64,000 nt of DNA, from positions 59,212,001 through 59,276,000 of the forward strand of contig CM059432.1 of the NCBI GenBank assembly GCA_030390025.1, written 5' to 3'. The notes below the pieces were generated by a model, which saw only the letters and a list, made by a program, of their open reading frames with translations, was not told where the DNA came from and ran no database searches. The DNA comes from Squalus acanthias (taxonomy: Eukaryota). Position 1 is the first letter of the stretch; each line of letters begins with the position of its first letter. Below, in pieces: positions 1-11,301 of the stretch. A program made the position numbers and the translations under genes.

Positions 1-592
1 TAGGTCCTAACTAGAATATTGACTTGACTATTCCAATGCACTCCTGGCTGGCCTCCCACATTCCACCCTACGTAAACTTGAGGTCATCCAAAACTCAGCT
101 GCCCGTGTCCTAACTCACACCAAGTCCCGTTCGCCCATCACCCCTGTGCTCGCTGACCTACATTGGCTCCCAGTTAAGCAGCGCCTCGATTTCAAAATTC
201 TCATCCTTGTTTTCAAATCCCTCCATGGCCTCGCCCCTTCCTATCTCTCTAATCTCCTTCAGCCCCACAACCCCCCAAGATATCTGTGCTCCTCTAATTC
301 TGCCCTCTTGACCATCCCTGATTATAATCGCTCAACCTTTGGTGGCCGTGCCTTCTGTTGCCTAGGCCCTAAGCTCTGGAATTCTCTGCCTAAACCTGTC
401 CGCCTCACTAACTTTCTTTCCTACTTTAAGATGCTCCTTAAAACCTACCTCTTTGACGAAGCTTTTGGTCACCTGCCCTAATTTCTCCTTATGTGGATCA
501 GTGTAAAATTTTTTGTCTTAAAATAATCCTGTGCAGCGCCTTGGAACGTTTTACTACGTTAAAGGTGCTATATAACTACAAGTTGTTGTTGT
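1..592 (+). mobile_element. L2-clade LINE, 3' fragment (ORF2 C-terminus and 3' tail)
   Basis: ORF 146-481 reads LADLHWLPVKQRLDFKILILVFKSLHGLAPSYL...GRAF...PKLWNSLP, the typical L2 ORF2 C-terminus; ends in a (GTT)n tail at ~582-592. Confidence 0.9.
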
Positions 593-922
593 AGAATGTG
601 GTCAGCAATTTGCCAGCACCAACTGTGCTCAATCAGTAGTTCACCAATCCGGAGGTGGGAAATCAGGCGGGGCCAGTGAGTGTGAAGGGCATTCAGCAGC
701 ACCTTAAACGGCACTTTATGATTAGCCACAAGCTGCACCAGCTTCTGGCCAATCTACGAATCAAGATATCACCCTGCAGTCAAACTACATCAAATACTGA
801 ACATTACGTACACTGATGCCACACTTGTCTTGCATCACATTGCCACTGCCTCTGGTAGCAGTATTACTACCTCCAGAGGAGTCTACACCTACCTCTTTTC
901 CCAGGGTTTCTTTGGAAATAAT

Positions 923-1684
923 GGGCCAGAAATTCAGCTTTCCGGCTTCCTGCGGGTGCAAGCATCGCGCACGTACTTACCTACCGTGCCTGCTGTTGTG
1001 CTTTGGGCCCACGAGGACTTCGGCTCCTGGGCCTCCTCCAGCTGCCGGCGCGCAGTGCTTGCGTATCCCAGGGGCGCAGTTAGTTCGAAGCGTCCCCTGG
1101 GATCACGTAGGCCATGGAGAGCCAATCCTAACAGGGCATTTTCATTCATAGATTTGACAGGAAGACCTGTCAAATCTATAAATAGAGATCGGCCCCAAAA
1201 CCACACTTAAACTTCAAATAATTTTTTTTTTTTAAATCACATTTTTAAAATAACTATAAGTTACATAAATTAACTACTTTAAACAAAAATTTAAATTTTT
1301 GAAAAAATTAATACTTTTTAACGGTGCTAAAAATAAACTTACCTTTCTTTAAAGTATCTAAAAAAAGATAAACCTGTTGAAAAAATGTTTAAATTGTAAT
1401 TAATTAACCACTTACCTTGTTAAAAACGGGCCTTGCGCCTCCTTTTTAAAAGTGCAGCTTCTCCATACTTACCCTCCCAGAGAAACCTGAAAAAAAAACG
1501 AAGTTCGCTGCGTGCGCACAGCCTCTCCCGCGCACGCGTTCGACTTCTGAACCCCTCCCTTCAGAGGAACGGAAGTTCCGGTTTCCCGCGCATGCGCAGT
1601 GCATGCAGGAAACCGGCACTTCAGGTGGCCTTACGGGTGAGTACACAACGCGTACTCACCCGACAAGAGCCGAATTTCTGGCCC
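923..1684. mobile_element. Non-autonomous PIF/Harbinger-type DNA transposon (MITE)
   Basis: Perfect 13-bp TIRs GGGCCAGAAATTC / GAATTTCTGGCCC flanked by a 3-bp direct repeat AAT (920-922, 1685-1687); no transposase ORF. Confidence 0.85.
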
Positions 1685-1859
1685 AATAGCATTAGAGTAA
1701 CAACATAAATGGTTGGTGCCAGTTCACTGTTCACTTGCTGCTCTGTATAGACCTTCCCCAGCCATTGCATACACACTGTTTGTTGTTGGTGGTGCTGTGA
1801 AATTAAACCCCACAATGTAAATTGGCTGGACTTCTATTGCAATTGGTGCTGAGTTATAT

Positions 1860-1975
1860 TACAATTGAGTCCAAAGCCCCACAGGTCAAGCTGAAGCTAT
1901 ACAGTACTCTGGTCAGATCATACTTGGTGTGCTGCGTATAGCTCTGGACAGTGCGATAAAGGGGGCCATCCAAGA
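1860..1975 (+). mobile_element. Highly decayed CR1 ORF2 fragment
   Basis: Translates IESKAPQVKLKLYSTLVRSYLVCCV*LW, matching the EYKS..V.L.LY..LVRPHLEYCVQFW motif of the other CR1 copies here. Confidence 0.5.
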
Positions 1976-2097
1976 AATGTGCATTTGTTGTATGGGTTTA
2001 TATAGATACAGATAAAATAACTAATTTATATTGATGGATACACTCGCCGATACTACAAACACAGGGAAGTGTCTTGCCCATTACTTTACCGAGACAT

Positions 2098-2773
2098 GAG
2101 GCTGGATTTTTACTCTGAGGCGGGGAGGGAGATGGATGGGAAGTGGGGGCTGGACTGAGGTCGGGAAACCCGGAAGAGCGGCAAGGAGGGAGGGAGGGAT
2201 CGGAGGCTGGAGAGGGGTGTTGGAGATCGGAGGCCTGGGGGCAGGGGCTGGAGATCAGAGGCCGGGGGCTGGAGATCGGAGGGAGTGGGAGATCAGTGAC
2301 CGGGGGGGTGGGGGTGAGATCGGAGGCCTCGGGTGTGAGGTCAGAAGCCTCATTGGGGAGGTCGGAAGCTTCGTGGGGGAGGTTAGGGGGAGATCAGAAG
2401 GGTCGGGGAGGGTTGTCGGATCGGGGAGGGTTGGTGAGGCAGGTACGCTGAATCCAACAGGTAAGTGGAAAGGCATTTACCTCCTGGATCCAGCAGTGCT
2501 CGCCTCCCTTTAGCTGCTAGGTTTCCTGAGGCCGGCCAGCGTTAAATTTTAAATCGTGGATCAATATGAGGAATGCAGCCTGATTATTATATTTAAATTG
2601 CCAACCCACCTCCTGGGAGCAGGTTGGTTGCCCGACCCCGCCCCCCATCCCATCTCCGTTAAAACCGGAAGTGGGAAGGTTGGAGGCAGGTTGGGGTCGG
2701 GATTCAGATTTTTAACACTTTACCCTCCCATCCGACCCAAACCCGCCTGCTTTTTGGAGTTAAAATTCCCCCC
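2098..2773. mobile_element. Harbinger-like non-autonomous element with G-rich interior
   Basis: Imperfect TIRs (GGCTGGATTTTTACTC ... GAGTTAAAATTCCCCCC); left end resembles the TIR at 9492; internal GGAGATCGG-type repeats. Confidence 0.6.
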
Positions 2774-2811
2774 ATAGTCTCAGCCAACTCCTTTTTCTTA
2801 AGTAGCCACTA

Positions 2812-3062
2812 AGAACAGCAACAATTTGCATAACAATTTAACATAGTAAAATATCCCAAGGCGTTATCAAACAAAATTTGACACCAAGACACAAGGAGCT
2901 ATCAGGACAGGCGGCAAGAGACAGGTTTTAAGGAGTGCCTTAAAGGAGGAGAGAGAGGCGGAGAGGTTTAGGGAGGGAATTCCAGAGCTTAGCGCCTAGG
3001 CAGCAGAAGGCCCGGCCGCCAATGGTGTAGCGATTAAAATCGGGGATACGCAATAGGCCAGT
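2812..3062 (-). mobile_element. L2 LINE 3' end fragment
   Basis: Reverse complement matches the L2 3' region at 330-590 (GGCCGGGCCTTC...CTAAGCTCTGGAATTCCCTCCCTAAACCTCTCCGCC). Confidence 0.8.
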
Positions 3063-3339
3063 TGGGGTTAGTCACAGTGCTGAAATGTGTTTCCTTTCCC
3101 ATACTTTACAAAACTCCTCTCTTTCAACCACATGTCAAATCTCCAGTGACCGCAGGATATTATGAAGTTTATATTTAGTTAGTAATTTTCCTTATCTTTC
3201 CTACACATGCTGATTTATGAGTCTAACCATTTGGGGCACAAGCAGACTCACCAACTCTGCTAACCTTATATTAAATACTGTTGCAAAATTTGTTCTCAAT
3301 CAGATTATGTTAATAAGACCTCCTTTTGCATTAGATTAA

Positions 3340-4190
3340 GAAGCATCTTAAAGGAAGAGAGAGAGATAAAGAGGCAGAGAGGCTTAAGGAGGTAATTGCA
3401 GAGCCTAGGGGCCAGGCAGCTGAAGGCATGGCCTCCAATGGTGGAGTGATTAAATCAGGGATGCGCAAGAGGCCAGAATTGGAGGAGTGCAGAGATCTCG
3501 GAGGGTTGTAGGGATGGAGGACATTACAGAGATAGGGAGGGGTGAGGCCATGAAGGGATTTGAAAACAAGGATGAGAATTTTTAAATCAAGGCATTGCTG
3601 GACCAGCGAGCACAGGGTTGATGGGTGACCGGGACTTGGTGCAAGTTAGGATACGGGCAGCAGAATTTTGGATGAGTTCAAGTTTATGGAGGGTGGAAGA
3701 TGGGAGGCCAGCCAGGGGAGTATTGGAATAGTTAAGTCTAGAGGTAACAAACACATGGATGAAAGTCTCAGCAGCAGATGAGCTGAGGCGGGGCGGAGGT
3801 GGGCGATGTTACGGAGCTAGAAGTAGGTGGTCTCGGTGATGGAGTGGATGTGTGATCGGAAGCTCATCTCAGGGTCAAATAGGGCGCCAAGGCTGGAAGC
3901 GGTCTGGTTCAGTCTCAAACAGTGACCAGGGAGAGGGACAGAGTCGGTGGCTAGGGAACGAAGATTGTGGCGGAGACCAAAGACAATGGCTTCGGTCTTC
4001 CCAATATTTTGTTGGAGGAAATTTCTGTTCATCCAGGACTGGATGTTGGACAAGCATGACAAATCAGAAATAGTGGAGGGGTCAAGTCAGGTGGTGGTGA
4101 AGTAGAGCTGGGTGTCGTCAGTGTACATGTGGAACCTGACGTTGTGTTTTCAGATGATGTCGTTGAGGGGCAGCATGTAGATGAGAACAA
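3340..4190 (-). mobile_element. L2 LINE ORF2 fragment (RT C-terminal part)
   Basis: Reverse strand gives FHMYTDDTQLY (YADD-like motif) and ORF 3817-4062 CLSNIQSWMNRNFLQQNIGKTEAIVFG; homologous to 1-480. Confidence 0.85.
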
Positions 4191-4494
4191 CTACTGATAT
4201 CAGAAACCCATCTTCCGCATCGTGATTTTGGCACTACCAAAGGGGAAAATAGTGAAACATCAGAAGTTCATTGTCAAATTAACTAAAACTAATTAAAATG
4301 TAGTGCTCTGACATGCCCCTGATTAGCTGAATGGCACAATTAAAAAAGATGCATGTGATTGAATTCATTATCTTGGTTGGTCATTAATATTTTTGTCCTC
4401 TTGTGTAGGATAGGGAAATGGTAAAGCAGGTTTCAAAAGCCAAGAAAGTGTTAAGAGTGCAAGATGGAAGATTTGCAAGATCACAAGTTAATTG

Positions 4495-5530
4495 TGGATG
4501 AGGAAGGCCATTCAATCCATCTTAATGCATCTGTCTAAAAACACCCTGCAGCCCCATCTCCCACTGCTGCATCCATTTGTCTCTGAAATGATTTCCAGGA
4601 TTTTTTTTCCACTACTTTATATGAATCCACTCCATGTATTGATCATTCTTTGTATGAAAAAGAATTTCCTCATATCAATCCTAAATTTGCCTTTTATTGC
4701 TGTGAACATGTGTCCCCTTGTCCCATTCTCACAGCAACATTCTTAAAGCAGTATTCCAGATTTACCTTTTCCATATCCTCAAACATTTTATATACCTCTA
4801 TAAAATCACCACTTAGGTGCATCCTTTCCAGACTGAGCAGCTCCAGTTTCTCCAATCTTTTTTTATAATTCCGATCTCTAATACTGGGGGATCAGCCTCA
4901 TTGCCCTTCTCTGCACTGTCTCCAGTACTTGAATGTCTCCCCTGTGTCTTAATGACCAGAACTGTACATGGTACTCAAAGTGTGGTCTGATCAGTACACT
5001 GCACCATTTGATCACAACCTCCTCTGACATATATACTAAACTGTTTTTGCTATGTAGTTCAACATTATATTGACTTGTTGATTGTTGCTCTACATTGGTT
5101 GGACATGTTTAGCAGAGTCTACTAAGACTCCTAAGTCTTTTCCCACTTCATCTTAAGCTATTTCAACATTGTTCATTGTTTTGCTTATTTTTCTTTCACG
5201 CGTGCAGTACCTTTATTTGTCCACATTAAATTTAATCTGCCATTGGTTTGCCCATACACTTATTCTGTCCATCTCACTGTATAATTTTGAACCGCTTTCT
5301 CTGATTCCACTCCCCCTCCCAGTTTGGTATAATCAAATTTGACCATTTTGCATTCTATTTATAAGTCTAAACCGTTTGTGTAAATGAGAAACAGTAGCAC
5401 TCCCATCACCAAGCCCTGGGGCATCCCAGTCAATATTCCCCCGCACATCCTGCCTCAACTTCTCTAATGACTATTTGTTGCTTTCTATCCTTCAGCCAGT
5501 TTCTTATCTATTCCCAGGGTTTAGCCTGAA
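4495..5530 (-). mobile_element. Old, degenerate CR1 LINE 3' fragment
   Basis: Antisense shadow ILYTSIKSPL..ILSRLSSSSFSNL matches that of younger CR1 copies; heavily mutated. Confidence 0.7.
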
Positions 5531-6739
5531 TAGGATGAGAAGAAAATGATTGAAGAAACAAGACAATGACCAAGGTTGACCCCTTGCACAGTGAAGCTCA
5601 AGCATCCCAGAGGAGCGAGGAACTGCCCAATGTCACAGCAGACAACCTCTCACAAAAGAAAATATTGTGTACCTCACAACTCATGACACAGAGGGATAGC
5701 CCAGACACTGGAACTTACCAGTGACACATTGAATACCGACTTTAAGCTTAACTTTGTTAAATAATACTACAATCTTAAACATTGAATTGTTATACTGTTA
5801 CCAAGTAAAACCCAGCTGATGCTTCAATATTATGGTATTCAAATTACAGCTGTGCCTAACAGTAAGTTTTGTGATTGATATTAAATGTTAAATCACTTTA
5901 CAGAATTCCTTAATACTTAACCTTGTAGTGGTGCTGATTGTGTTATCATAGATGTTAAATAAAATTGTTAGTTAATGCATCTTTGTGTCTGACTTCATCT
6001 TTGATGACTCCAGCAAATAAGAGTTAATTACATTTCCCTTAGCGTTGTATTGCAATCTTCTTGTAATTGATTTGGCTTGAATAACTATTGATATAATTTG
6101 GATAGGGGGATCTAAAGCTGAGCTAATTTAGGCATCTTGTAAACTTGAATGGTAGATCCCAGACGAATCTTCCAATGTATGCATGTTAGGGGAAGAGGAA
6201 GATTCATCTGACACTTTTCAACTACAGATTATATATTAATAAGAGTTGCATTAAGTGTTTGGCAAATGAACAAGGCTTTGCAAATCATTTTTGGCCCTTC
6301 AAAAGAAAGCTACATAAATTCTAGTATCAAACAGCTTAATAGTTGACACCGTCTTCTGTGTAACTATTTAATTAGCTACTCCCAATCCATATGTTATTTT
6401 CTGTGCAATTATTAGTTATCCTTTGAGTGCTAACTTTGTGGTACTTTACAGAACATAACCTTTTAAGAATATAAACATGAAAAGCCAACTTAACTCATTG
6501 AGTCCTCTTATTTCAAAAGTCATGTGTAATTTACATAGACACTTCCCTACTTACTTGATCTTCTGAAGGGAGAGAATAACCACTGGCAAAGTGTTTGAGA
6601 TGATAATGTTCTGTGAAAACTTGCTCTCGGCACAAAGGTAACTGACCAAAAATTCCAGGATAACAATCCAACATGATGATCTACATTTTTCACATTTGAC
6701 TGGCTATATTCCATAGATGAAGGTTCAGTGATCCCTTGG

Positions 6740-6834
6740 AAGTCAATGGAAATGAAAATCAAAAAAGATGTATAACGGGCGGCTGATCCGATATTGCCTG
6801 TTTTAATACCATCACCCAAGTCAAAATGACCCCC
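6740..6834. mobile_element. MITE half (right arm ending AAAATGACCCCC)
   Basis: TATAACGGGCGGCTGATCC is the inverse of GGATCAGCCGCCTATTATA at ~7145; Harbinger-like terminus. Confidence 0.45.
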
Positions 6835-7103
6835 ATTGAGTAGGGTACCCAGGGGTCTTGCTACGATCCCTCCTGTTCCTGGAATATCTAAATCATCTGA
6901 AATTGGAGTCACAATGTACAGCAGTTACATTTGCAGATGACACCAAAATATATGCATTTCACATGGTCAGTCATACATTTCATACAGCCCCATTATTCAC
7001 TCACAGAATACTGTTCTTCTAAATGAGAGTTCAGGGAACAGTAACAAGATGAATTTGATACTTCTGAGGCCAGATTCATGTGATTGAAGCATTTTGAAAC
7101 TGT

Positions 7104-7190
7104 GGGGCAAAATTTTCGCAGGGGATGTAAAATGGGCGGTTGTGGATCAGCCGCCTATTATACACCCCGCCTGATTTTCCCTTCCATGAA
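7104..7190. mobile_element. MITE half (left arm starting GGGGCAAAATTTT)
   Basis: Harbinger-like terminus and sequence complementary to 6740-6834. Confidence 0.45.
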
Positions 7191-7629
7191 CAATTTGTTT
7201 TTCTTCGAGTAGAAATTAAAAAATATTAGTTCAAATCCTGTAATGTACAGTGCAACTACGTCATGATTGGTGAGGTGCATAACACAGAAAGAATCAGTCA
7301 CTTTTGTTCCATCAAAGTTGCCTTTTGAATTTTAATGAATTCACTGGACAGTGCTTTTTATCAACAATGTTATAAGAGACTTTTGATTTTGACACTTTAT
7401 TTGGTATATTTTCTGACATTTTGGAGTCAACTGTAATTCTGCACAAGATGCAATGAGGTGAAGGGTTGAAACACCAGTGCAAAATTGTCAGGAAAGGGAC
7501 ACACGGCTCTTTTGGTTGTTCTCCCTTTCCAACCAAAAATAATACAAAAGATCTCTTCAGTATTCCAATGAGGCTTGCTGAATCTGCACTGATAAGGTGT
7601 CAGGCTAATGCTGTTATTACATTGCAGTG

Positions 7630-8097
7630 AAAGAAAGACTTGCATTTCTATAGCGCCTTTCACGACCACCAAACATCCCAAAGCTCTTTACAGCCAATGA
7701 AGTACCTTTGCAGTATAGTCACTGTTGTAATGTATGGAGCGCTGCAGCAAATTTGCGCACAGCAAGCTCCCACAAACAGCAATGTGATAATGACCAGATA
7801 ATCTGTTTTTTTTTGTTATGTTGATTGAGGGATAAATATTGGCCAGGACACCGGAGAGATCTCCCCTGCTCTTCTTCAAAATAGTGCCATGAGATCTTTT
7901 ACGTCCACCTGAGAGAGCAGACGGGGCCTCGATTTTAACATCTCATCCAAAACACGGCACCTCCGACAGTGCAGCACTCCCTCAGCACTGCACTGGAGTG
8001 TCAGCCTAGATTTTTGTGCTCAAGTCCCTGGAATTGGACTTGAACCCACAACCTTCTGACAGAGGTGAGAGTGCTACCCACTGAGCCACAGCTGACA
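7630..8097 (-). mobile_element. tRNA-derived Deu-domain SINE (SacSINE1-like)
   Basis: Reverse strand has A box TGGCTCAGTGGG and B box GGTTCAAGTCC, a central body shared with 19990-20437 and 30980-31428, and an L2-like 3' tail (AAGGCGCTATAGAAATGCAAGTCTTTC). Family name is from recall. Confidence 0.85.
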
Positions 8098-9491
8098 CTA
8101 TGAATCGGATTAATGGAGTGAAATGAAGAAAGCCAGTGGAGGACGGATATCCTTTCCAGCTTTGACTGATGGATTTGTAATTTTGTTTACGTTTTTCCAA
8201 GTATCAGCCAATACTGGCTAGAAAATAAACCCAAATGCAACTCACAGAGCACATCCTATGATACAGATATCAAAATAGACATTCTGGAAACATACAGTAC
8301 AAAAAATACATTCCCATATATGGCAACCTAGAAAACCGCTTCAAAAAGCTGGCACACCAAAACCAGCCCTAAATACAGGCCTTATGACACATGAGGAATT
8401 AGACTGAAAGTGCAGCAGAATATGAGATTGTAATAAATTAAGCTGCAAGTATACTCAACATTCCTTCATTTTTGTTTCGGGGGAAAATACACAAAAGCAT
8501 AATTTACAGTAGTGGTGGATTCAGAAATTACTGAAGGGAGGTGTAAATGCTGAAGGCATGAAATTTATTGTTGTGGTGGATCTGCAAGCAATCCAAGAAA
8601 AAATTGATTTGACACTTTATTTGGTGAATTTTCTGACACTACTATAATTCTGCCTTTTCAAGCCAAAAATAATTTCTACTGGAAGGGTTGGGGATATTTG
8701 AAATATGAAAATAGAATTAATTATGGAGACTTTAGTACAACTTTACAGAGTCCAGTAACTCTGATCCCATGTTAATTAGTAAATTGAAACCTTCATAATA
8801 CACAATAATCCTAAGCAGCAGTGCATTCTGCAGGTTCAAAACAAAACTGGCTCACTATTGTATTTGTCTCTGTCCCTGGTCTCAATGCAGGCACTATAGA
8901 ATGTTACAGCACAGAAGGAGACCATTCGGCCCACCATGTCTGTGCTAAATCTTTGAAAGAGCTATTTAATTAGTCACACTCCCTTGCTCTTTCGGCATAG
9001 CCCTGCAGCTTTCTCCTTTTCAAGTATTTATCTAATTCCCTTTTGAAAGCTACTATTGAATCTGCTTCCACCACTCTTCAGATAGTACATTCCAGATCAC
9101 AGTAACTCACTGCTTAAAAAAAATCTCATTTCCTCTCTGGATTCTTTGCCAATTATCTTAAATCTGTGTCCTCTGGTTACCAACCCTCCTGCCAGTAGAA
9201 ACAGTTTCTCCCTATCTACTCTATCAAACTCCCCATCATTTTGAACACCTCTGTTAAATCCCCCCTTAACCTTCTCTTTTCTAAGGAGAACAATCTCAGT
9301 TTCTCTAGACTCTCCAATTAACTGAAGTATTTCATCCCTGGTACCATTCTCGTAAATCTCCACTGCACCGTCTCCAAGGCCTTGACATCCTTCCTAAAGT
9401 GTGGTGCCCAGAATTAGACACAAGACTCCAGCTGAGGCCTAATTAGTAATTTATAAAGGCTTACCATAACTTGCTTGCTTTTGTACTCTAT

Positions 9492-10144
9492 GGGCTGGAT
9501 TTTCATTGACCCGTGGAGGTGGGTTTGGAGGCGTGTGGGGGGTTAAAACTGCGGAAACTGGCAGGCGGGCACAAGCCCGCCTCCATGCAATTTTCATTAA
9601 ATCGTGTCTGCTGGTCCCGACTCCGTCTCGCCTCTAAGAGGCGGGATAGGCTGTTAAGGCCCTTAACAAGCACTAAATTGCCTCTATTATGCCATTTTGA
9701 AAGGCCTTTGTGATTTTAACTCTTTTTCTACATGAAGCACGCCTGTTCTGAACCACGAATGTGAAACCTGGCGGGAGCACATTTGGCTGGCTGGCACATA
9801 TCTGGGAGTGGTGGTGATGGATGGATGAGACATATCTGGGAGTGGTGGTGCAAAAATATCTGGGAGCAGACTTAGGGCTGCTGCTGCTCATTTTGCATCC
9901 AGGTCCTCTCACAGCAAAGGCCAGACAGTCTTTGCAGACCTTCAATGCAGCAGCAATGATGACATCATCAGAGGCGACTTTCAGACTGAAAACACTAATT
10001 GGTTCATGGGTTCCCACATGCTGGAACTCAATTGCCCAATTAGGTGAAAATCGCATCAATCTCTCACATCCAATTGCAGTCGGGTGGATAACACGAAAAG
10101 TGGATGACACGACCCCAACCCACCCCAGTATCAAAATCCAGCCC
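9492..10144. mobile_element. Harbinger-type MITE inserted in CR1
   Basis: Perfect 12-bp TIRs GGGCTGGATTTT / AAAATCCAGCCC; TSD TAT (9489-9491, 10145-10147); removing it restores CR1 TTGTACTCTATGCCTC. Confidence 0.9.
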
Positions 10145-10213
10145 TATGCCTCCATTTATACAGCCAAGGATCCCGTATGCTTTTATAACAGCCTTATGAA
10201 CTTGTCTTGCCAC

Positions 10214-10919
10214 TGTTGGACATCCTGGAAAGTTGTATTTTGGACATCTTGGGAGTTAAATATTAATAATTGAACCTCCTTGTATCTTAGAGCAAAAGGC
10301 TTTCCAAGATAAACAAGACAGCTTTAGGAGCCACAGGAAAAAGCATGGCTTATCTTCTGCTTTTATTGCCTAAGTATTATTTACGAGAAATGCTTGTGCA
10401 AGGAAATAAGTGACTGGGAAGACATCAAGCATGACTGATTAAAGTATAACATTGGTGACTAAGGTAAGAAACATAGGTAGAGGGATCTATTAACTACAGT
10501 ATGAAAAGATAATGATTAATATAAAGCCTACTCTTCAAAGGATTCGAGAACAATTAAATCAGGAAGACTTGTTTGAGAGAAGTAGCTTTGAAGTAAACAA
10601 CTACGACTGTTTACGCAAATAGATTGTATTCAAAGGATTCAGGAACAGATACGTCTTGAGATCTGATCTGTGACATGTACCTTTGATGTACAAAAACTAA
10701 GGTGTATAAAGGAACATGGTTTTCAACAGTTCTTCAGAGGGTTCAAAAGATAGAACTAGAAACCGAAAGCCACTTCTGTGTACAGTATAAATCGATCACC
10801 TACACTGGATATCAATAGTCTGTTCCATATACTCCACCGTCAAGTGTCTCGTGATTACTCAAAGCATGTCATTGTGAACCATAGAGGGAAGGAGGTTGAC
10901 TAACAATTGAATGCTAACA
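10214..10919. mobile_element. Solo LTR (706 bp) of an LTR retrotransposon or ERV
   Basis: Termini TGTT...AACA; 5-bp TSD GCCAC (10209-10213, 10920-10924); removing it restores CR1 CTTGCCACCTTCAA. Confidence 0.8.
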
Positions 10920-10999
10920 GCCACCTTCAAAGATTTGTGTATGATTACTTAAATTGAGACAGTGCTGAATAAACTATTTTAAGCGAACAACTTTAATTT

Positions 11000-11280
11000 T
11001 TAATAAAACAGAAAATGCTGGAAACACTCAGCAGGTCAAGCTGCATCTGTGGAGAGAAACAGAGGTAACGTTTCAGGTCGATGACCCTTCGTCAGAACTG
11101 GAAGAAGTTAGAGATGGACTTTAATTTTTAAGTAGCTTCAGGAGGGATAAGGGCGAGTCAGTATCATTAAAACTGAACTGTAAAGTAGAATTCTGTTGAA
11201 AGGCCGCACTCAAACATTAACCTGCTTTATTTCCTCTTTTAGAAGCTGATCAACCTAATGTGCATTTCAAACATTATCTG
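11000..11280. mobile_element. Penelope-like element terminal-repeat (pLTR) relics in inverted arrangement
   Basis: 11000-11110 on the minus strand carries a hammerhead core; 11190-11280 is a degenerate plus-strand copy of the same sequence. Confidence 0.6.
11063..11099 (-). ncRNA. Minimal type I hammerhead ribozyme motif
   Basis: Minus strand: AGUU-CUGACGA-A-GGGUC(AUC)GACCU-GAAA-CG-UU-ACCU; conserved core, 5-bp helix II, palindromic ACGU helix III, helix I with one mismatch. Confidence 0.7.
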
Positions 11281-11301
11281 ACACATACAGCTACATAACA
11301 T

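Larger units (their letters stand above)
8894..10945 (-). mobile_element. CR1 LINE 3' fragment interrupted by a MITE and a solo LTR
   Basis: ORF 9097-9363 DRVDREKLF..GLVTRGHRFKIIGK; CR1 sequence is collinear across both insertions. Confidence 0.85.

Noticed and set aside
2136..2513. Gly-rich ORFs
   Set aside because: Product of the G-rich interior of a MITE.
5530..6070. Possible second LTR fragment
   Set aside because: No TG...CA pair with a matching TSD could be defined by eye.
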